NCBI GenBank assembly: GCA_963828465.1
Contig: CAWHEU010000005.1
Location: 1-46,786, forward strand
Origin: an uncultured Acidobacteriota bacterium
GTDB taxonomy: Bacteria > Actinomycetota > Acidimicrobiia > Spongiisociales > ZC4RG35
DNA length: 46,786 nucleotides
Direction of reading: 5' to 3'
Shown: positions 40,414 through 46,786 of the stretch, piece by piece
Numbering within the stretch: position 1 is the stretch's first letter
Layout: every line of letters begins with the position of its first letter
Notes under the pieces: model-generated
The model's database searches: none
What the model saw: only the letters and a program-made list of their open reading frames with translations
Told to the model about the DNA's origin: nothing
Program-made: the position numbers and the translations under genes

Positions 40414-40857
40414 TCAACTTCCGATGAGGTCCTCGACGGTCTTGCGAGCCCTCCGCTCCCTGGTCTCGGGTTTCTTCGCCTCGGCCACGTGAAGGGCGTG
40501 CTCCCGGCGATGTGAGTAAGAGAGGGCCTCGAATGCTTCGCTCGCGGCGGGGTTGGCCTCGAGGAGCTTGGCCAACTCGACGGGGACCTCGACCACACGC
40601 TCAGCATCGTCCCGGACGATCGTCACTTCGAGCTCGTCACCGTGGCCCTTGCCCAAAGTCTCCCGAATCTCCTTGAGTACGCCGAGCACCGAGTCGCCTC
40701 CCATGCGGACGATGCTTCCCCGGTACTCGATCCCGTCGAAGGTGGCCCGCACCGGGATGCGGCCGCCGGCGCCGAGAGCTTCGACTACATCGGGCGGTAT
40801 CCGGACGTAGGCCCCGCCGCGTGGCGCCTCCTCGAGGATCGCGACGAAACCGCTCAG
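40414..40857 (-). CDS. DUF1905 plus YdeI/OmpD-associated domain protein
   Basis: GGAYV.IP, GRIPV.ATFDG..YRGSI..MG, IR..LGK..GD, VEVP.EL, F..LSYSHRRE, AKKPETR.RR. Start uncertain (CTG 40857 or GTG 40878). Confidence 0.85.
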   Translation of the reverse strand: MSGFVAILEEAPRGGAYVRIPPDVVEALGAGGRIPVRATFDGIEYRGSIVRMGGDSVLGVLKEIRETLGKGHGDELEVTIVRDDAERVVEVPVELAKLLEANPAASEAFEALSYSHRREHALHVAEAKKPETRERRARKTVEDLIGS

Positions 40858-43082
40858 GCCCGCTCCAGAGGCGCCCACGCCAGCAAGAGGCGCTTCTTGC
40901 CCTGGGTGTCGAACATGACCTCGGCCTCGGCCAGCTCGCCGGTGCCCACCACCTCGCGAACCGTGCCCAGTCCCCATTTGTCGTGACGGACCCGGTCGCC
41001 GGGACCGATGTTCGCCGCGTCCACCGTGGTACGTGGGCCGCTGGCGGCGGCGCGCTCCGAGGCGCTGCGCCGTTGACGCTTCCCCGCTTTCTCCATGAGC
41101 CCATCCGGGACCTCCGTGAGAAATCGAGAGGGCGGGTTGTAGTTGGAGCCACCGAACAGCATCCTGCTCCAGGCCGAGGTGAGGTAGAGGCGGTCCTGGG
41201 CACGGGTGATCCCCACATATGCAAGCCGGCGCTCCTCCTCGAGCTCGCTCGGATCACCGAGGGACCTCATGTGGGGGAACACGCCGTCCTCCATGCCGAC
41301 GATGAAAACGACCGGGAACTCGAGGCCTTTGGCCGTATGGAGCGTCATCAGCGTCACCGCTCCCGCGCCTTCCTCCCATTCATCGATGTCGGCGACGAGC
41401 GCAGTGGACTCCAGGAACACTTCGAGACGTCGCAGGTTGTCGAGGTCGTCGAACTCCTCGTCGCCGATCACCGCACCCTCGTTCGACGTCTCGAACTCGG
41501 AGCCGACCCCGACGAGCTCGCGCAGGTTCTCCACCCGGCCCATCGCCTCGATGGTCTGCTCCGCCTCCAGGGCGGCCAGCATGCCCGTGTCGGTGAGCAC
41601 CGACTCGACCCCGGCCTTGACACCTTCTTCCTCGGTCACTTCCCGCAGGTGATCCATGATGGCGACGAACTCGGCGATCGCCGTCTGGGCTCGGGCATTC
41701 AGTTGAGGTATGTCCCGCGCCCGGCGCAGCCCTTCGGCAAACCCGACCTTCTGAGATTGACTGAACCGGTCGACATGGGCGATCGTCGTGTCCCCGATTC
41801 CCCGTCGCGGCTCGTTGATGATCCGCTTCAGTGAGACCTCGTCTGCCGGGTTGACCACCGCCCTCAGGTACGCAATGGCGTCCTTGATCTCCTTGCGGTC
41901 ATAGAACTTGACCGAGCCGACCACGGTGTAGGGCACGGCCCTCCTCACCAGGACGTCCTCGATGACGCGGGACATGGCATTGGTCCGATAGAAGACCGCC
42001 ATGTCGGAGAGGTTGAAGCCGTCGCCCTGGAGACGCTCGACCTCGTCGGCGATATAGCCGGCCTCGTCGTGCTCGTCTTCGGCCTCGTATCGCAGTATCG
42101 GGCCTCCCCGGCCCCGGTCCGACCACAGGTTCTTGGGAGTCCGCTTGGTGTTGTTGGAGATCACCGAGTTGGCTGCGTCGAGGATGGTCTCGGTGGACCG
42201 GTAGTTCTGGTCGAGGATGACGATGCGGGCGTCCGGGTAGTCGACTTCGAAATCCCTGATGTTGCGGATGTCGGCTCCACGGAATCGGTAGATCGACTGG
42301 TCCGAGTCCCCAACCACGCAGAGATTGCGATGACTGGCGGTCAGTTGCTTGACCAGCATGTACTGGGCGCGGTTGGTGTCCTGGTACTCGTCGACGAGCA
42401 CGTAGCGGAATCGCTCCTGATAGATGGCGAGCACATCCGGGAAGGCGCCGAACAACTCCACCGTCACCATGAGGAGATCGTCGAAATCCATCGCCGAGGC
42501 CTCGAGGAGACGCTGCTGGTAGAGGCGGTAGATGTCCGCCACCTGCTCGTGATAGAACCCGTCGCCCTGGTCGGCGAATGCCTCGTAGTCGACCAACTCG
42601 TTCTTCGCCTTCGAGATCACAGCCTTCATCGCCCTGGGCGGGAAGCGCTTCGGATCGACATCGAGGTCTTTCAGGACCAGGTTGATCAGCCGGAGCGAAT
42701 CGGCCTCGTCGTAGATCGAGAACCCCGACCGGTAGCCGAGTCGTGACGCCTCCCGACGCAAGATGCGAACACATGCTGAATGAAAGGTGGATACCCACAT
42801 CGACCTGATGGCGCCACCGACCAGCGAGCCGACGCGGCTCTTCATCTCATCGGCGGCCTTGTTGGTGAAGGTGATGGCCAGGATGGCGTCGGGTGCGACC
42901 CGCAGATCGCGGATCAAATGAGCGATCCGGTAGGTGAGGACCCGGGTCTTGCCCGACCCTGCCCCGGCGACGACGAGGACCGGTCCTTCGGTGGCGGCTA
43001 CCGCCTCACGCTGTGAGGGGTTGAGGTCGGCGAAGAGTGGGGAATCAGCGGGGACATCGTCGAGGAACCACTCTGCTTGCAT
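40854..43082 (-). CDS. pcrA: ATP-dependent DNA helicase PcrA/UvrD1
   Basis: LNPSQ, AGAGSGKT, FTNKAA, VDEYQDTN, VGDSDQSIY.FRGA, QNYRST, MTLHTAKGLEF, EEERRL.YVGITRA, C-terminal Tudor-like domain. Confidence 0.96.
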   Translation of the reverse strand: MQAEWFLDDVPADSPLFADLNPSQREAVAATEGPVLVVAGAGSGKTRVLTYRIAHLIRDLRVAPDAILAITFTNKAADEMKSRVGSLVGGAIRSMWVSTFHSACVRILRREASRLGYRSGFSIYDEADSLRLINLVLKDLDVDPKRFPPRAMKAVISKAKNELVDYEAFADQGDGFYHEQVADIYRLYQQRLLEASAMDFDDLLMVTVELFGAFPDVLAIYQERFRYVLVDEYQDTNRAQYMLVKQLTASHRNLCVVGDSDQSIYRFRGADIRNIRDFEVDYPDARIVILDQNYRSTETILDAANSVISNNTKRTPKNLWSDRGRGGPILRYEAEDEHDEAGYIADEVERLQGDGFNLSDMAVFYRTNAMSRVIEDVLVRRAVPYTVVGSVKFYDRKEIKDAIAYLRAVVNPADEVSLKRIINEPRRGIGDTTIAHVDRFSQSQKVGFAEGLRRARDIPQLNARAQTAIAEFVAIMDHLREVTEEEGVKAGVESVLTDTGMLAALEAEQTIEAMGRVENLRELVGVGSEFETSNEGAVIGDEEFDDLDNLRRLEVFLESTALVADIDEWEEGAGAVTLMTLHTAKGLEFPVVFIVGMEDGVFPHMRSLGDPSELEEERRLAYVGITRAQDRLYLTSAWSRMLFGGSNYNPPSRFLTEVPDGLMEKAGKRQRRSASERAAASGPRTTVDAANIGPGDRVRHDKWGLGTVREVVGTGELAEAEVMFDTQGKKRLLLAWAPLERA

Positions 43083-43129
43083 CGAGAGACGATGGTACCG
43101 GTGACCGGCGACGAATCACACGTGTGTGA

Positions 43130-44038
43130 TCAGTTGGCCAACACCGAGTCGTCGCCCAGCTCCACCGATGCAGTGGCGTCGAGGTCGATGACCTCGGGTG
43201 CATCTTCTTCACCGAGGACTGCTCGACGGCGGAGGGGAAGGGAGAAGCAGAAGCGGGCACCCGTGGGGAACCGTCGCTCGTACCACACCTCACCCCCCAT
43301 GGCCCGGGCCAATCTCCTGGCGATGGGGAGACCGAGCCCGATCCCGGTCGCCTCTCTGGTGTCGCCTTTCGAGACTTGCTCGAAGTTGTCGAAGACACGT
43401 TGGGTCTCCTCGTCGGGGACGCCCGGACCGTTGTCGGAGATCACGATGAGGTATTGGTCGCCGAGAACGAAGCCCTCGACCATCACCTGGTCGCCTCCGT
43501 ATTTGCGGGCGTTCTCCATGAGGTTGCGGAGGACCTGCTGAACCCTGCGGCGATCGGCCCTGACACGCACCCCGTCGGGGAGGGAGACAACCGCGCTCTT
43601 CCTCCCGCCGGTGGGGAACACCATCTTGGCAACATCAGCCAGAAGGTCGCCGAGGTCGAACAGCTCGGGGTGGAATCGGAGCCGGTCGGCCTCGAGACGG
43701 GGGATGACCAGGACATCCTCGACGAGATCGCCCAGATACATCGACTGTCGATTGATGATCCCCAGGAACTCATCGACCTCCTCCTCGGGGAGGTCCTTCC
43801 AGGATTCGACCAGGGTGTCGGCAAAGCCGGCGATCGAGGTCAACGGGGTACGGAGCTCGTGGCTCACCATCGCAACGAACTCGTCCTTGATCCGATGGGC
43901 CTCCTCGGAGAGACGCACGACCTCTCGCTCGCGTTGGCGCCCTTGTCTCGTGATCGTGATCGCCCAGATCACCCCGACGACCCCCACCAGGGCCAGGGCG
44001 ATGGACCACCAACTCAGGGAATCAGGCAATTGGGGCAA
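43130..44038 (-). CDS. Histidine kinase (HisKA plus HATPase) with one TM and virtually no sensor domain
   Basis: H-box VSHELRTPLT, N-box NLMENARKY, DNGPG, F-box, GIGLGL. TTG start. Confidence 0.9.
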   Translation of the reverse strand: MPQLPDSLSWWSIALALVGVVGVIWAITITRQGRQREREVVRLSEEAHRIKDEFVAMVSHELRTPLTSIAGFADTLVESWKDLPEEEVDEFLGIINRQSMYLGDLVEDVLVIPRLEADRLRFHPELFDLGDLLADVAKMVFPTGGRKSAVVSLPDGVRVRADRRRVQQVLRNLMENARKYGGDQVMVEGFVLGDQYLIVISDNGPGVPDEETQRVFDNFEQVSKGDTREATGIGLGLPIARRLARAMGGEVWYERRFPTGARFCFSLPLRRRAVLGEEDAPEVIDLDATASVELGDDSVLAN

Positions 44039-44094
44039 GTGTCGTCTCTCTGATTTGACTCAGAAGCTAACCCGAACATGCCTCGAGGATGACC

Positions 44095-46125
44095 TCAACC
44101 GGCATCGACTCCCTCCTCGGAGCCGATCATCCGGCGCAGCGTGGCTGTGAGCACTCCCTGGCGAAGATCGAATTTGTCCAGATAGGCGTCGACTCCCGCC
44201 TCCCAGGCCGCTTGCTTCTCCTCCTGGGTGGCGACGCCAGACACCATCACGATGGGGACCTTCACATCGGATGCGCGCATCGCCCGAACGAGCTCGACGC
44301 CGTTGGAGCGTGGCATCGAGAAATCGACCACCATCGCCTCGAACTCGTCGTTGGCCATGGCCATCAACGCCTCGCGGGCTCCGGCTGCCACCTCGACGTC
44401 GAAACCGGCACCATTCAGAGTCGCCGAGAGGAGTTGGCGCACACCGGCCGAATCATCGACGACCAGGATCCGGGGGCGATGGCCGACCAGGCCCGGCCGC
44501 CGTTTGGCGAGATATCCGAGGAAGTTCGGGTCGAGCACCACCAGCACCTGGCCACCGCCGAGCAGCGCGGCGCCGGTGACGTGACCGGGGCCTTCGAGGA
44601 TCGGCCCCAGGTTCTTGACGGCCACACGACGACGATCGATCAATTCGTCGACGGTGATGGCGACCAGGCCGAACCGGGTGTTGATGACGAGCAGCTCGGA
44701 CTCATCGGCCGGAACGGAGACGCCCATCGCCTTCGCCAGCGAGACACAGGGGATCTCTCGACTCTGGAATCTGACCTCGCGACCGCTGTCGGTGCCACTG
44801 ATCTCGGCCCGGGAGAGTGGCATGGCCGCCTCGATCGAGGCCTCGGGCAGACCCCAGAACTGGTCTCCAGTTGCGACGACTACGACGTTCTGGAGGACCA
44901 TGGAGAGTGGGAGGGTCATCGTCACCCTCGTTCCCATTCCCTCCGGGCTCTCGACGTGCACCACCCCGTTGACCTTCTCAACGATGTCACGCACTGCGGC
45001 AAGGCCGTCACCAGCGCCGGAGAAGTCGGTCACCTCATCGGTGGTGGTGAAGCCTGGCTGGAACAGGATCGGGCTGAGGTCGGAGAAGACGAATGGGATG
45101 CTCCGTTCGGTGGCCTCGTCGGCAACCCGATCCCAGTCGATTCCGGCGCCGTCGTCGGATACCGAGACTTCGACCCTCTCGTCGATGATCTCCGCACCGA
45201 CCCTCACCGTCCCCGTGGGTTTCTTCCCGGCTGCCACCCGTGCCGCCGTGGGCTCGATCCCGTGGTCGACTGCGTTCACCAGGAGATGGCGGAGCGGCTC
45301 CCGGAGCAGGTCGACGATCTGGCGGTCGAGCTGGACGTCGTCACCGATCAGGTCGAATCGGACATCCTTGCCCATCCGCCGTCCCAAGTAGCGGACGAAC
45401 TGGGGGAAGGTCGCAGTGGCGTCCCGGAACGGGATGTTGGCGAGGGCGACTGCCTGATCCTGGATCTCGGCGATGGAGGAGGCAAGACGCTCCAGTTGCA
45501 TGCGCCAGGACTTGCGGAAGAGGGCAGGGTCTGACCCCTCGATGGACAACAGCGAGAGGTCAGCGAGGGCTTCGGAGTCGAGGGAGACCTCGACGATCCG
45601 GTTGATGAGGCGATACAACTCCCCGGTGTCGACCCTGGTCGAGCCTCCAAGCAGCGAGTCCGAGACCGAGGTGAGGAGCCCGCCGAGGCTTCCCGGTTCG
45701 GGCCGTCGCAAAGGAATCACCTCGGCAGGGGGCGACCAAACCGTTCCCCCGGTCGCCTCTTCTGCCCGTTCTCCCGGGATCAGCTTGTCGGCGATCACAG
45801 CCAGCTCTATGTCGTCGGCGTCGATCGAGGGCAGGAGCCGTCCAGAGCTGGCTTCCATCGCGACCACGACATCGTCCGGCGGGCGGTAGCCCTCGCCGAT
45901 CTGTTTCCACAAGTGCTCGAGCCGGGATGCAACTTCCTTGATCTCGTCATAGCCGAGGAGACCGGCGGAGCCCTTGATGGTGTGTGCGTCCCGAATCAGA
46001 TCCTGGATCCGCCCATCCTCCAGCTCGTCGTGGCGGAGGGCGAGGGCGCCCGCGACCAAGCGGCCGGAACGTTCTTCCAGCTCATCGCGGAATATCCGCG
46101 TCAGCTCGGGGGTGTTGAGGTCCAA
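44095..46125 (-). CDS. CheA-like hybrid kinase (Hpt-dimer-HATPase-CheW-REC)
   Basis: Hpt AHTIKGSA, RVD...L..L, HLLVNAVDHGIE, DDGAGID, FQPGFTT, CheW-like domain (GAALLGGGQV.VVLDP), REC (VDDS, D..MP, S, K). Confidence 0.9.
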   Translation of the reverse strand: MDLNTPELTRIFRDELEERSGRLVAGALALRHDELEDGRIQDLIRDAHTIKGSAGLLGYDEIKEVASRLEHLWKQIGEGYRPPDDVVVAMEASSGRLLPSIDADDIELAVIADKLIPGERAEEATGGTVWSPPAEVIPLRRPEPGSLGGLLTSVSDSLLGGSTRVDTGELYRLINRIVEVSLDSEALADLSLLSIEGSDPALFRKSWRMQLERLASSIAEIQDQAVALANIPFRDATATFPQFVRYLGRRMGKDVRFDLIGDDVQLDRQIVDLLREPLRHLLVNAVDHGIEPTAARVAAGKKPTGTVRVGAEIIDERVEVSVSDDGAGIDWDRVADEATERSIPFVFSDLSPILFQPGFTTTDEVTDFSGAGDGLAAVRDIVEKVNGVVHVESPEGMGTRVTMTLPLSMVLQNVVVVATGDQFWGLPEASIEAAMPLSRAEISGTDSGREVRFQSREIPCVSLAKAMGVSVPADESELLVINTRFGLVAITVDELIDRRRVAVKNLGPILEGPGHVTGAALLGGGQVLVVLDPNFLGYLAKRRPGLVGHRPRILVVDDSAGVRQLLSATLNGAGFDVEVAAGAREALMAMANDEFEAMVVDFSMPRSNGVELVRAMRASDVKVPIVMVSGVATQEEKQAAWEAGVDAYLDKFDLRQGVLTATLRRMIGSEEGVDAG

Positions 46126-46211
46126 TCTGGATCCGGTCCGTGGCCTGACCAGGTCTTATCGGCAGCGGAGCCTATGCCCTGAATGGGGCTGGCTCGAGGG
46201 CTCCTGCGCTG

Positions 46212-46786
46212 CTATTCCCACTCGATGGTGGCTGGAGGCTTGCTGGAGATGTCGTAGGCGACGCGGTTGATGCCGGGAACCTCGTTGATCACCCGGCTCG
46301 AGATTCGCTCCAGGACTTCGTAGGGCAGACGAGCCCAATCAGCCGTCATCGCGTCCTCCGAGGTCACCGCCCGAACCACCAGCGGATAGGCATAGGTGCG
46401 CAGATCGCCCTGGACACCGACGGTCCGCACCGAGGGAAGCACTGCGAAGGCCTGCCAGATCTCCCGATAGAGACCGGCCCGCCTGATCTCCTCGGTCACG
46501 ATCAGATCCGCCGCCCGCAACAAGTCCAGGCGCTCCCGGGTCACCTCACCGATGATCCGCACCGCGAGACCGGGCCCGGGGAAAGGCTGACGCCAAACCA
46601 TCTCCTCGGGCAGGCCCAGTTCCTCGCCGATCGCCCTCACCTCGTCCTTGAAGAGGTCCCGCAACGGCTCAACCAGCTCGAATGTCATGTCGGCGGGCAA
46701 TCCACCGACGTTGTGATGGGTCTTGATGGTCGCCGCGCTGGCCGATCCTGACTCGATGACGTCCGGGTAGAGGGTGCCCTGCACCA
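46212..46786 (-). CDS. guaA: GMP synthase, C-terminal part (5' end beyond the window)
   Basis: [56 protein letters not shown]. Confidence 0.97.
   Translation of the reverse strand, partial: VQGTLYPDVIESGSASAATIKTHHNVGGLPADMTFELVEPLRDLFKDEVRAIGEELGLPEEMVWRQPFPGPGLAVRIIGEVTRERLDLLRAADLIVTEEIRRAGLYREIWQAFAVLPSVRTVGVQGDLRTYAYPLVVRAVTSEDAMTADWARLPYEVLERISSRVINEVPGINRVAYDISSKPPATIEWE

Noticed and set aside
46126-46230. Integrative element at the 3' end of guaA (a known integration hotspot)
   Set aside because: No integrase follows guaA and I found no duplicate of the guaA 3' end in the window.

Overview
High-GC actinobacterial chromosomal window, plausibly Acidimicrobiia (inferred from gene content, promoter motifs and leaderless genes). 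The minus strand carries a conserved housekeeping backbone: guaA, pcrA/uvrD1, B12-binding mutase small subunit, sucCD, purN-purH-folD, icd and nadA-nadB. Accessory genes interleave with it: (i) a tryptophan/anthranilate catabolic set (long eukaryote-like Trp 2,3-dioxygenase, kynureninase-like PLP enzyme, aryl-CoA ligase, enoyl-CoA hydratase, acyl-CoA dehydrogenase, RidA); (ii) hutH-hutI; (iii) a Nur-like regulator with a CbiMNQO/NikMNQO importer and a palindromic operator; (iv) dinB and a DUF222/HNH gene with DNA-damage promoter motifs; (v) lemA-DUF2207-M15 peptidase; (vi) a minimal K+ channel; (vii) an orphan CheA-REC hybrid kinase next to an almost sensor-less histidine kinase, the most unusual unit here. 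About 20 single-base frameshifts, almost all +1 insertions, most likely reflect unpolished long-read sequence. No rRNA, tRNA, CRISPR array, integrase or transposase was recognised. All family assignments come from motif recognition, not database searches.
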